NCBI GenBank assembly: GCA_030448245.1
Contig: JAUJNH010000006.1
Coordinates: 15,788-79,787 of the forward strand
Reading direction: 5' to 3'
Source: Acidimicrobiales bacterium
GTDB lineage: Bacteria > Actinomycetota > Acidimicrobiia > Acidimicrobiales > JAUJNH01
Length of the DNA stretch: 64,000 nucleotides
The translations under genes and the position numbers were made by a program. Under the pieces are notes generated by a model. That model worked only from the letters and a program-made list of their open reading frames with translations. It did no database searches and had not been told where the DNA came from. The first letter of the stretch is position 1. Each line of letters begins with the position of its first letter. Of the stretch, positions 26,946 to 36,594 are shown one piece after another.

Positions 26946-27625
26946 ATCCGTGCGATTGGTGACGAACAGGCGCTTGGTGTGTCTCGCAGCGCTCCTCGCA
27001 GGCCCGGCCCCCGATCCCGAGCTGAGGCACCTGGCATGAGCGCTCCCTAACGGCGGGCTGCCGAAGTGGTTCGGCCGGAATCTGACGCATTGTGGGGCAC
27101 GATCCAGACTGGCGCCACCTCAGAGGTCGTGGATGATCATCCCTTCCTCATCATCCGGGTCAGGTCGGAGGGTCTGTTCGCTCCCGGAGCTGACGGTGAG
27201 CGCTTCATCAGGACCACCCAACGACTGCGACAAGGCTGACGGCAGTCACCTCGTGGCCGTCGGCTCTGCCTGTGCCTCGAGCGTGGGGTTGAGGTCGAGC
27301 GCGCGACGGCGGGGAGCCGGGCGGCCAGCCCCGCGCACGGCGGAACGGGGTAGGCCTGGAAGAGGAGCCGGCGCCAGCGGGCGCCGGCCGCCTCGGCAGC
27401 GAACTGGGCGTGGCGCTCGGCCACCATCTGAGCGGTGAAGTTGGGGTGTCCGAGCATGGGCCATTGTTCGCACCCGAGGTAGGCACCCGCAATCGGTTAA
27501 GCGTCCGTCCGACGTCAGCCCGAGCCGCCGTGACCTGGTCACGACCAGCATCTGGCAGGCCAGGATCCGGGAGGCCTACCTGGAACAGCCCTCGTCGCCG
27601 CCTCGTCCTCGCGGCGCCGATCCGC

Positions 27626-27793
27626 CTACTTCTTCTCGCCCCGGGCCGCTTGGACGTCGTCCTCGACCTGTTGGACGGTCTCGTCGTCCGGCTTGTCGCC
27701 GGTCTTCTCCTCGGCCCGCCCCTCGGCTTCGACCTCGCGGTCCTCCGTGACGTTGCCGACCACCTTCTTGATGTGTCCCAAGGTCTCGCCCAT
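27626..27793 (-). CDS. CsbD-family small stress protein (55 aa), absent from the ORF track
   Basis: Manual translation MGETLGHIKKVVGNVTEDREVEAEGRAEEKTGDKPDDETVQQVEDDVQAARGEKK; CsbD-like KxxGKVTxD...EAEGK pattern. Confidence 0.5.
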   Translation of the reverse strand: MGETLGHIKKVVGNVTEDREVEAEGRAEEKTGDKPDDETVQQVEDDVQAARGEKK

Positions 27794-27858
27794 GGGGCGT
27801 GGGTCTACCCCCCGCGGCGCGTGCGGAACCCCGGGCGTGGCTTTGCCAGGATGCGGCG

Positions 27859-29367
27859 GTGCTGCTGTCCGAGGTCGTGGCCACCTCCGCCGCCGTCACC
27901 TCGACGGCGAGCCGCTCGGCCAAGGTGGCGGCCCTGGCCGACCTGCTGCGCCGCCTCGCCCCCGACGAGGCCGAGGTGGTGGTGGCCGCCCTGGCCGGCG
28001 AGGCCCGCCAGGGGCGCATCGGCGTGGGGTGGGCCACGGTCCGGGCCCTCGACGTGCCGGCCGCAGCCGAGGCGTCGCTCACCGTCGCCAACCTCGACCA
28101 GGCCCTCGACGACTTGGCCGCCACGGTCGGCACCGGATCACAGGCTGCCCGGGCCAGCGGGCTCGACCGCCTGCTGCGGGCGGCCACCGCCGACGAGCAG
28201 GTCTTCCTGCGTCGGCTGCTGCTGGGCGAGCTGCGCCAGGGGGCGCTCGAGGGCGTGGCCGCCGATGCCGTGGCCCGAGCCGCCGGCGTGCCCCTGGCGC
28301 TGGTCAGGCGGGCCGCCATGCTGGCCGGCGACCTCCCCTCAGTGGCCGCTACCGCGCTGGCCGGCGGCGCCGAGGCCCTGGCGGGGATCGGCCTGGAGGT
28401 CGGACGGTTCGTCCAGCCGATGCTGGCCGCCCCCGGTGACGCGATCACCGACGCGCTGCCCGCCCACGGTGGCCCCGCCTCGGTCGAGCAGAAGCTGGAC
28501 GGGGCCCGGCTCCAGGCCCATCGGTCGGGGGCGCTGGTCCGGCTGTTCACCCGGAACGGCAACGACGTGACCAGCCGCCTGACGGCGGTGGCCGACCTGC
28601 TCCTGGCCCTGCCCTGCACGTCGGTCGTGCTCGACGGCGAGGTCATCGGCCTGGCCGAGGACGAGCGGCCCGACCGCTTCCAGGACACCATGTCCCGATT
28701 CGGCCGCCACGTCGGCGAGCACGGCGCCACGCTTGCGGTGCGCTTCTTCGACTGCCTCCACCTCGACGGCGACGACCTGCTCGACGAGCCGCTGTCGATC
28801 CGGTCCGAAGCCCTCGAGCGGGTGGCGGGAGCCTGGCGGGTGCCTTTGGTGCGGACGGCCGAGCGGGCCGAGGCCGAGGCCTTCCTGGCCGCCTCGCTCG
28901 CCGCCGGGCACGAGGGGGTGGTGGTGAAGGACGTGGCGTCGACCTACGAGGCCGGCCGCCGGGGTGGGGCTTGGCGCAAGGTGAAGCCGGTGCGCACCCT
29001 CGACCTGGTCGTCCTGGCCGCCGAGTGGGGGAGCGGGCGGCGCCGGGGCTGGCTGTCGAACCTCCACCTGGGCGCCCGCGACCCCGAGGGCGGGCCGCCG
29101 ATCATGGTGGGCAAGACCTTCAAGGGCCTGACCGACCAGCTGCTGCGCTGGCAGACCGACGCGCTGCTCGAGCGGGAGGTGCGGCGCGAGGGCCTCACCG
29201 TCGTCGTGGAGCCCGAGCTGGTGGTCGAGATCGCCCTCGACGGCGCCCAGCGCTCGACCCGCTACCCGGGCGGCGTGGCGCTGCGCTTCGCCCGGGTCCG
29301 CCGCTACCGCGATGACAAGGGACCGGCCGACGCCGACACGATCGACGCCGTCCGCGCCCTCCTGTAG
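27859..29367 (+). CDS. ATP-dependent DNA ligase
   Basis: GTG start (VLLSEVVATSAAV typical N-terminus); adenylation motif I EQKLDG, motifs III-VI; OB-fold C-terminus. Confidence 0.85.
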   Translation: MLLSEVVATSAAVTSTASRSAKVAALADLLRRLAPDEAEVVVAALAGEARQGRIGVGWATVRALDVPAAAEASLTVANLDQALDDLAATVGTGSQAARASGLDRLLRAATADEQVFLRRLLLGELRQGALEGVAADAVARAAGVPLALVRRAAMLAGDLPSVAATALAGGAEALAGIGLEVGRFVQPMLAAPGDAITDALPAHGGPASVEQKLDGARLQAHRSGALVRLFTRNGNDVTSRLTAVADLLLALPCTSVVLDGEVIGLAEDERPDRFQDTMSRFGRHVGEHGATLAVRFFDCLHLDGDDLLDEPLSIRSEALERVAGAWRVPLVRTAERAEAEAFLAASLAAGHEGVVVKDVASTYEAGRRGGAWRKVKPVRTLDLVVLAAEWGSGRRRGWLSNLHLGARDPEGGPPIMVGKTFKGLTDQLLRWQTDALLEREVRREGLTVVVEPELVVEIALDGAQRSTRYPGGVALRFARVRRYRDDKGPADADTIDAVRALL

Positions 29368-29437
29368 ATCGTCGTTCGCTGACGCCGCGGTGGCCAAGTC
29401 GAGAGCTGCCCATTGCCTGCCGGGACCCTGCTAGGCA

Positions 29438-30415
29438 TTGACCATGGTGCGGAGGCGGGCGGCCGCGGGGTTGCTCATCGTGGCGGCCTTGGTTGGATGC
29501 AGCGGTGGGAGCCGGGATGAGGCAAAGCCCTCTCCAGGCGGTGCAAACGTCGCCCCGGCACGCGTTCCCCAGGTCGGCGACTGCCGCGGGCCTATCTCCA
29601 AGGAGATCTTCCGCTCCAGCTTCGATGCACGTCCGACGGTGCCATGCGAACAGGTGCATGGATCCGAGACGGTCTTCGTTGCTCAGCTCTCGGCTGAGCT
29701 GGCCGGGCTTCCGCACGACAGGATCTCCGCCATGTTCGATGTCAAGTACGGGACCGCGGAGCTGGATCCGGTCTTGAGCGAGTGCGAGGTCGCGTTCGAA
29801 CGCTATGTCGGCGAGACCCGGTTCGCACCGGACGCGACGCTGCCCAGCAACCTTTCACTGGCTTTCTTCATGCCGTCGTTCGATGAGTGGGGCGAGGGTG
29901 CGCGGTGGGTTCGGTGTGACGCCGTCACGGCACCGTTCACTGGGCAGGAGACGAGGGGGACCACCGAGAGCCTCCGGGGCAGAGCGGCACGTGATCCACG
30001 GGCGCCGTGGCGCGTGTGCTTCAACGAAACCTCACGACCGGAGAACCTGGACGAGGGCCGTTCCGAGGGAAGCCCGTTCACGTCGTGCGACCAGCCGCAC
30101 AACGTCGAGGAGATCATGCGGATCAGGGTGGCTGATCCCAAGGTCGACATGGCCGCCGATGACACGAGCGTCATCACGAGCTATCTCACCAGAGAGTTCG
30201 GCCCGCGCTGCGTCGATCGTGCTGCCGCCCACCTCGGCCTGTCCAGGAGGGCCACGGAGCAGCGCGAGGACATCGAGTTGAGTGTTTTTGCGATCGATCC
30301 AGCCGCGTGGCCGACCAGCTCCCGAGCTCGCGCCGTGGCTTGTCGTGCCACCACCCAAGAGCCCACTGTCGGCACGCTGGAGGGTCTGGGGAGCAGGCCG
30401 CTGGTTCGGTCCTAG
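29438..30415 (+). CDS. Lipoprotein with septum-formation-family-like Cys-containing domain
   Basis: Lipobox LVGCSGG; paired conserved Cys (VGDC...C, C...C). Confidence 0.45.
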   Translation: MTMVRRRAAAGLLIVAALVGCSGGSRDEAKPSPGGANVAPARVPQVGDCRGPISKEIFRSSFDARPTVPCEQVHGSETVFVAQLSAELAGLPHDRISAMFDVKYGTAELDPVLSECEVAFERYVGETRFAPDATLPSNLSLAFFMPSFDEWGEGARWVRCDAVTAPFTGQETRGTTESLRGRAARDPRAPWRVCFNETSRPENLDEGRSEGSPFTSCDQPHNVEEIMRIRVADPKVDMAADDTSVITSYLTREFGPRCVDRAAAHLGLSRRATEQREDIELSVFAIDPAAWPTSSRARAVACRATTQEPTVGTLEGLGSRPLVRS

Positions 30416-30466
30416 CAGGACCCTCCGTGGCGCGCCCGGGCGGCCGCCCACCAGGGCCGGCGACCG

Positions 30467-31423
30467 TTGGTAGCGCCATGGTCACTCCTAGGCTGGCGGG
30501 TCATGCCCATGCCCGCTCTGCCCTTCCGGCTAACCCTGGCCGCCGCGTGCGGCCTGCTGCTCCTTGGCGGGATCGCCGCCGCGGTCACCGTCGACGGGGA
30601 GGATGGCGGGCCCACCTCCGAGGAGGCGACCCCGGCCGCCTCCGACGTGGCGCCGGCGACGACGGCGGTCGCCCCGGTCGACACCGCACCCGTGCCGGTC
30701 CCCGCCGCCCCCGAGGGAGTGACCACCACGACGGGCGCGGCAGCCGCCCCCACCACCACGGCCCGCTCGCGCCCGACGACCACGGCCGCGCCGGCCCGGA
30801 CCAGGAGCGCGCCGGGCCCTCTGGTGGCCCCGAAGGTCGGCACGTACGGCTACGACGCGACGACCAGCTCGAACGGTGCAGCGCCCAGCACGAGCAGGAT
30901 CACCGTCACCGTCGAAGCGGCGGGCTCCGAGGGCGCCACCACCCTGCAGGACATCTCCATCCCCACCGACCAGTTGGGCCAGCGCATCACCATCCGCAGT
31001 CGGGTTGCCTGGGGCTCGTCGGGGGCCATCGTGCGCCGCAGCCAGGCCATGGGTGCCGACTGCGGGTGGCAGCCGCCCTGGGCGCAGTACGCCGGCGGCC
31101 TGAAGGTGGGCCGGACGTGGAGCTACGACACCCGGTGCTCGGTGACGACACCGGTGCAGGCCACGGTCGAGCGCCGCGGCAGCCGCCGAGTGACGGGCAC
31201 CTCGACGGTCGACGCGGCCGGCCAATCGGTGGCCACCTGGACCATCGCCGTCGACGAGACGACGGTGATCACCACGCCGCTGGGTGTCGTGTCGGTGCGC
31301 TCGGTCGGCACCGAGCAGCTCGCCCCCTCGCTCGGGGTCCCGGTCGCCAAGGACGAGTCCCTGTCCGGTACCGGCATCGCCCCGAACACCACCAGCAGCC
31401 TGAAGCTGGTGTCGTTGCCCTAG
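30467..31423 (+). CDS. Secreted Thr/Pro/Ala-rich protein with C-terminal beta-rich domain
   Basis: Signal peptide; low-complexity TTTAAPA linker; start uncertain (30467/30494/30500). Confidence 0.45.
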   Translation: MVAPWSLLGWRVMPMPALPFRLTLAAACGLLLLGGIAAAVTVDGEDGGPTSEEATPAASDVAPATTAVAPVDTAPVPVPAAPEGVTTTTGAAAAPTTTARSRPTTTAAPARTRSAPGPLVAPKVGTYGYDATTSSNGAAPSTSRITVTVEAAGSEGATTLQDISIPTDQLGQRITIRSRVAWGSSGAIVRRSQAMGADCGWQPPWAQYAGGLKVGRTWSYDTRCSVTTPVQATVERRGSRRVTGTSTVDAAGQSVATWTIAVDETTVITTPLGVVSVRSVGTEQLAPSLGVPVAKDESLSGTGIAPNTTSSLKLVSLP

Positions 31424-32732
31424 GCGCCCGAGCCGACCTCTTCGGCGCGCGGCCTCCTCGGTCACCCAGTACTCGGCGGGCGGGCCGTCCGGGCGGAGCG
31501 CCTTGAACAGGTCGACCCCGGTGGCGTTCTCGAGCTGCTCGGCCAGGCCGATGACGGCGGCGGGAAGCTGGGTCATGAAGCCGGGCACGCCGTTCCCCTG
31601 GCCGCCGCTGTCGATGATCGACACCTTGTCGATGTCGACCGCTCCCACCGTCGAGACGATCTTGTCGACGAGCTCGGGGAGCATGCGCAGCACGAAGATC
31701 GGCGCGCTGGGCGTCGGAACCGGCGGCCTGGTACTGCTCGACGAGGCGGCGGAACACCTCGACCTGGGCGTTGCCCTCCTCGATGATCTTGGCGGCGTCC
31801 GCCCGGGCGCCCAGCTGCCGGGCCTCCAGGTCGGCCCGGGCCGGTGCGACCACGTCAGCCTCGAGCCGCCGGGTCTCGAGCTGGACCCGCTCGGTCTCGA
31901 GCGCCTGCTCGGCCACGACGCGCGCCTTTTCACCCGCCACCAGGGCCTCGGCCTCGGCCGCGCCGGCCAGGGCCTGGAGCTGGGCCTGGCGGACGCGGAG
32001 GTTGTTCTGCTCCTCGACGATCTTGAGGTCGGCCTGCGCCGTGGCGATCATGCCCCGCTGGCGAGACAGCGCCTCCGACTCCTCGGCCTCGGCCTTGCGC
32101 TGGGCCTCGGCCACCCTCGCCTCCTTCAGCACCTCTGCGGTCTGGCGCCGACCGACCGAGTCGAGGTAGCCCACCTCGTCGGTGACGTTCTGGATCTTGA
32201 GCACGTCGAGCTCGAGCCCCAGGGTCTTGATGTCGTCGTCGGCCTCGTCCATCAGGGTCTGGGCGAACTTCAGGCGGTCCTCGTTCACCTCCTCGGGGGT
32301 CAGGGTGGCGAGAACGCCGCGCAGGTTGGCTTCGAGCGTCTCCTTGGCGATGGCCGCGATGTGGGCCTGGGGCACGGTGAGGAAGCGCTCCACCGAGTTC
32401 TGGAGCAGGCCCTCGATGCTCGAGACCTTCACGTTGGCGATGCCCTGCACGTTCAGCGGGATGGCGCCGCGCGAGTAGGCGTTCCGCACCGCCACCTCGA
32501 TCGGGATGGTGTTCAGCTCCATCCAGGCCACGCGCTCGAGGAGCGGCACCCGAAGAGTGCGGCCGCCGCGGATGGCCCGGTAGCCGACGGTGCGACCGTC
32601 GCTGAGCTGGCGCGAGCGACCGGAGATCACCGCCACCCTGTTCGGCGGGCAGATGATGAGCAGGTTGCGGACCGTGACGAGGATCACGAGCACCGCGAAG
32701 GCGAGCGTGGCGCCGATGGCGAGGGGTGTCAT
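31420..32732 (-). pseudogene. Flotillin / SPFH (band 7, YqiK-like) protein with two apparent frameshifts
   Basis: N-terminal TM and SPFH domain, coiled-coil (EAQRKAEAEE) in frame of ORF 31269..32987; C-terminal flotillin region (APIFVLRMLPELVDKIV...) in a second frame; a third frame is needed to reach a stop (palindromic CCTAGG shared with the convergent gene). Pseudogene or indel errors. Confidence 0.55.
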
Positions 32733-32763
32733 GGAGGGTTCGCTCCTGGGTCGTAGGCGGGCA

Positions 32764-33297
32764 TCAGGTGAGCTCGGGATCGAGGCGGACGACGCTGGCG
32801 ACGCCGTGGCTGACCTCGACCACCAGGACGGGGGCCCCCACCTCGAGCTCGGCGTCGGCCGACTGGACGGGCATGGCACGGGCGGAGAGGTAGAGCTGCT
32901 GACCGTCGACCGAGACGGCGATGCGGCCGCGGCGCTCACCAGCCACCGGCAGGACGACACGGCCGACGGTGCCAGAGAGCCGCTCATCGCTCACCGACGT
33001 GGTCGAGTCGGACCGTCGCAGGTAGGCGAACACCGAGCTGTTGAGCACGCCGGCGGCGGCGCCGGTCCCGGCGGCGCCGGCGAAGGTCGTGCCCGCCGCC
33101 GTGTCCAGTGCCGTGAGGAGCAACCCGCACAGGCCGAAGGTGGCGGTGACGATGGCGACCGTGCTGAGCGGCAGAAGGCGCAGCATGAGCCCGCCGATCC
33201 CGCTGTTCTCGCCGCCGGACTCGTCACCGCCGCTCAGCAGGAACCACGCCATCACGGGGACACCGGCAGCGGCGGCAAAGACGTACAACCCGATCAT
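32764..33297 (-). CDS. NfeD/YqiJ-family membrane protein (flotillin partner)
   Basis: N-terminal TM helices plus C-terminal OB-fold-like beta domain; immediately upstream of the flotillin gene on the same strand. Confidence 0.65.
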   Translation of the reverse strand: MIGLYVFAAAAGVPVMAWFLLSGGDESGGENSGIGGLMLRLLPLSTVAIVTATFGLCGLLLTALDTAAGTTFAGAAGTGAAAGVLNSSVFAYLRRSDSTTSVSDERLSGTVGRVVLPVAGERRGRIAVSVDGQQLYLSARAMPVQSADAELEVGAPVLVVEVSHGVASVVRLDPELT

Positions 33298-33378
33298 CGG
33301 ATGACTGCGCCCACGCCTTTTGACGGTAGTGCTGCCTCTCCAGATCCGGTCAGGAAAGTCGCGGCGAGCGGGAGGCGC

Positions 33379-33987
33379 CTACCGCCCGACGTTGCGGAGG
33401 CCGGCCCAGGCCAGCTCGGCCAGGAGGTCGGCGATCTCGGCGGCCGAGGTGGTGGCCTCGCCGGCGGCCCGGGCCCGCAGCCAGTGGCGGCAGGTGGACT
33501 CGGCCATGCCGACGATGCCGTGGGCCAGGGTGAGGGTCTGCTCGGGCGGGAGCTCAGCCGTGATGAACGAGGCGATCAGCTCGGCGATGGCACCCTCGAC
33601 CAGCCGGACCCGATCGGCGAAGCCCTCGTCGCGCTTGCTGCCGCCGCCGAACAGCAGGCGGAAGGCGTCCTCGCGGTGCTCGACGAACCGGAAGTAGGCG
33701 CCGAAGCCGGCCTGGACCTGGCCGTGGGGGCCGTCGGCCTCGGCGGCCGCCTTGGCGATGGCGTCCATCAGCTGGCCGCCCACGTCGTCGAGCAGCTCGA
33801 CGTACAGCGCCCGCTTCGAGCCGAAGTGCTGGTACAGCACGGGCTTGGTGACGCCGGCCGCGGCCGCCACGTCGTCCATCGACGTGCCGTGGAACCCACC
33901 GGTCGAAAAGGCGGCGAGCGCGACGTCGAGCAGCTGCCGTCGACGCCGGGCGGCCGGCAGGCGGGGCGTGGGGTCGGGGGCGGCCAT
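33379..33987 (-). CDS. TetR-family transcriptional regulator
   Basis: 202 aa; TetR_N HTH (LLDVALAAFSTGGFHGTSMDDVAAAAGVTKPVLYQHFGSKRALY). Confidence 0.8.
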   Translation of the reverse strand: MAAPDPTPRLPAARRRRQLLDVALAAFSTGGFHGTSMDDVAAAAGVTKPVLYQHFGSKRALYVELLDDVGGQLMDAIAKAAAEADGPHGQVQAGFGAYFRFVEHREDAFRLLFGGGSKRDEGFADRVRLVEGAIAELIASFITAELPPEQTLTLAHGIVGMAESTCRHWLRARAAGEATTSAAEIADLLAELAWAGLRNVGR

Positions 33988-34247
33988 GACGCGTCTACTG
34001 CATGGTAACCACGCCATGTGGGGGTAACGGCCACCTCGTCCGTTTCGCCGCTTCTGCCCGGGATGCTCTCCTGGGCAGGAGGGGCGGCCGGCAGCGTCGA
34101 ACCCCTGGACGTGCGACCGAAGCACCAGACCCCCCGCCGGTTCACGACCCGGCCTCCCGAGCCGCCCCGCCCCGCCCCGGCGCAGCGGCCCGCCCTCTCC
34201 CTGATCGCCGTCCAGGCCCGCCGCCGCCGGCGCCGCCCCTTCCTCCT

Positions 34248-34469
34248 CTAGCCCACGGCCCGCTGGCGGTCCTCCCGGGCCGCGGCCTTGACCGCGTAGC
34301 CGAGGATGATCGAGGGGACCAGGCAGGCGGTGGCCACCGCGAAGCCGCCGACGACCACCGCCACCGACCACCCCGGCAGGTCGTTGAGGACGCCGACGAA
34401 AAAGGCGACGATGGCGACGAGCAGCGCCAGGTAGCCGACCCTCGACCCGAGCGACGCGAGCCGCCGCAT
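34248..34469 (-). CDS. Small two-TM membrane protein (73 aa, hypothetical)
   Basis: Internal segment of a spurious long ORF; clean GC3 usage, two hydrophobic helices. Confidence 0.35.
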   Translation of the reverse strand: MRRLASLGSRVGYLALLVAIVAFFVGVLNDLPGWSVAVVVGGFAVATACLVPSIILGYAVKAAAREDRQRAVG

Positions 34470-34501
34470 CCGCTCCCGCTGCACCAGCACCGGATCTCTG
34501 T

Positions 34502-34750
34502 TCCCCGCCGGTGCGTCGACGGCACCGCCTCGCTTGACTCGCTTCGCTCGCGCTATTTCCCGCCGGTGCGTCGGGACTCGCTTGACCCCTGTCTTCCCTC
34601 GTCGCTTCCCCCGCTCGCCTGGCGGCTCGCCTCCTCCGCTCCTCAGTCCAGACAGGGGCCGCTCGCCCCTCGCCGGCTCGCTCGCTTCGCTCGCGCGGCT
34701 TCCCGCCGGTGCGTCGGACGGCACCGCCGGCTCGCTCGCTTCGCTCGCGG
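34502..34750. repeat. Intergenic array of ~50-bp imperfect direct repeats (three copies; core CCCGCCGGTGCGTCG...GCTCGCTTCGCTCGCG)
   Basis: Copies at ~34502-34552, ~34555-34590 (partial) and ~34699-34749; read directly. Confidence 0.6.
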
Positions 34751-35785
34751 TCACAGGATGGTCTCGAGGAGGGTGGCGAGGCGATCCGGGAGGGCGTGCA
34801 CGTCGAAACAGTCGCGCACGATCCGCTCGTTGCGGTCGAGGACGGTCTGATCGGGGTGGTCCATGGCTCGCCGCAGGCCGGGCCCGTCGTCGACGGCCAG
34901 CCAGGCGAAGCCGTGGGTGCGCTCGAGGTGGGCGGCCACGGGGTAGCGGCGCACGGCCAGCGGCCGGCGGGCCGCCGCGGCCTCGAGGAGGGGCAGGCCG
35001 AAGCCCTCCCAGCTCGACGGCAGGACCACACCGTCGGCGGCGGCGTAGGCGTCGGCCATCGACAGGCCGTGCTGGTCGGCGCCCCGCAGCACCCGGGCGG
35101 GCGGGTCGGTCAGGATCGCCGCCAGCTCGGCGTCGAAGCCCTCCTCGACCGGGCCGGTCAGCCAGAAGGCGGCGCCGGCGGCGGCGGCCAGGGCCAGCCC
35201 TTCGCTCACCCCCTTGCGGGCAAGGGCCCGGGTGGGCTGGAGGAGGAGGCGCTCGTCTTCGGCCACCCCCATCACCTCCCTCGTCCGCCGGCGCCGGCCG
35301 CCGGCAGCCCAAACCGGGTCGATCCGCAGCGGCTCGACGGTGGCGGCGACGCCCCGCCCGGCCAGTGCCCGGGCCGCCAGGTCGTTGATCACGACATGGG
35401 CCCAGGCCCGGTCGTGGGGCGGTGTCCAGCCCGAGCCGGCGTAGCGCTCCCGCTCCCAGGGCAGGTCGTAGTGGTGCAGCACGGTGGGCCGGCCCCGACG
35501 GGCGGCGGCGACGGCGGCCGCCGCGGCCGGGTGCAGCGGCAGCGAGCACAGGTTCTCGACGACGACCACGTCACACCCCGCCAGGGCGTCGGCCACCTCG
35601 CCCGGCGCCGGCTCGGCCACCACAGGCCAGGCCAGGCCCGGCAGCACGACGTCGACCGGCCCGCGACCGGCCACCGTCCGCACCGACCACCCCAGCTGGC
35701 GCAGCGCCCACGCCCACTGGTCGGCGGCGACGCTCACGCCATCCGGCCCGCCCAGCCGGAACGAGACGAGCGCGGCGGTCGGCAC
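34751..35785 (-). CDS. Glycosyltransferase family 4 (GT1-type fold)
   Basis: 344 aa; C-terminal EGFGLPLLEAAA motif of retaining GT4 enzymes. Confidence 0.75.
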   Translation of the reverse strand: MPTAALVSFRLGGPDGVSVAADQWAWALRQLGWSVRTVAGRGPVDVVLPGLAWPVVAEPAPGEVADALAGCDVVVVENLCSLPLHPAAAAAVAAARRGRPTVLHHYDLPWERERYAGSGWTPPHDRAWAHVVINDLAARALAGRGVAATVEPLRIDPVWAAGGRRRRTREVMGVAEDERLLLQPTRALARKGVSEGLALAAAAGAAFWLTGPVEEGFDAELAAILTDPPARVLRGADQHGLSMADAYAAADGVVLPSSWEGFGLPLLEAAAARRPLAVRRYPVAAHLERTHGFAWLAVDDGPGLRRAMDHPDQTVLDRNERIVRDCFDVHALPDRLATLLETIL

Positions 35786-35811
35786 GGCCCCCGGGAACGT
35801 AGCGTGCGCCC

Positions 35812-36594
35812 ATGGGCGAGCCCGAGGTCCTCTACGGGGTCGACGGCCCGGTGGCGACGGCCACGCTGCACCGGCCCGAGCGCCGGAACGCCCTGACCTG
35901 GGCGATGCTCGCCCACCTGCGGGCCGTGCTGGCCCAGGCCAAGGCCGACCCCGACGTGCGCGTGCTGGTGCTCACCGGTGCGGGTGAGGCGGCCTTTTGC
36001 GCCGGGGCCGACCTGGAGGGGATGGCGGCCGGGGCCTCGCCGCTCGAGCTGCACGACGGCCGCGGGGCGCTGGCCCGGGTCTTCGAAGACCTCTGGTCGC
36101 TGGGCAAGCCGACCATCGCCAAGGTGCGGGGCCACTGCCTGGCCGGCGGGTTCGGGCTGGCCCTGTCGTGCGACCTCGTGCTGGCCGCCGCCGACGCCAC
36201 GTTCGCCACGCCCGAGGTCGACGTCGGCCTGTGGCCCTTCATGGCCAGCGTCCCGCTGTGCCGCTCGATGCCGCCGAAGAAGGCGCTGGAGCTGATGCTG
36301 ACCGGCCGGCGGGTGGGGGCCGCCGAGGCCGACCGCCTCGGCTTCGTCACCAGGGTGGTGCCGGCCGCCGACCTGGACGCGGCCACGACCGATCTGGCGG
36401 CGACGCTGGCGGCCAAGTCGCCCACGGCCGTCCGGCTCGGCCGCGACGCCTTCTACCGGGTGTGGGATGCCGGCGCCTCCGAGGCGCTCACTGCGCTGCA
36501 CCCGCTGCTCAGCGTCCTGGTCGAGACCGACGACGCCCGCGAAGGCCTGGCTGCCTTCGCCGAGCGGCGCCCGCCGCGCTTCACTGGTCGGTGA
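35812..36594 (+). CDS. Enoyl-CoA hydratase/isomerase (crotonase) family protein
   Basis: 260 aa; crotonase oxyanion-hole motifs (FCAGADL, GHCLAGGFGLALSCD). Confidence 0.8.
   Translation: MGEPEVLYGVDGPVATATLHRPERRNALTWAMLAHLRAVLAQAKADPDVRVLVLTGAGEAAFCAGADLEGMAAGASPLELHDGRGALARVFEDLWSLGKPTIAKVRGHCLAGGFGLALSCDLVLAAADATFATPEVDVGLWPFMASVPLCRSMPPKKALELMLTGRRVGAAEADRLGFVTRVVPAADLDAATTDLAATLAAKSPTAVRLGRDAFYRVWDAGASEALTALHPLLSVLVETDDAREGLAAFAERRPPRFTGR

Noticed and set aside
30530-31933. 467-aa minus-strand ORF treated as a separate gene
   Set aside because: Only its 31430-31700 portion is protein-like (flotillin C-terminal block); the remainder is a low-complexity run-on over the convincing plus-strand gene 30467..31423, so it is interpreted as part of the frameshifted flotillin
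34534-35388. Plus-strand ORF through the 34502-34750 repeat array
   Set aside because: Translation is a repetitive SLASLA/GSLASLA artefact generated by the direct repeats, and it is antisense to the GT4 gene
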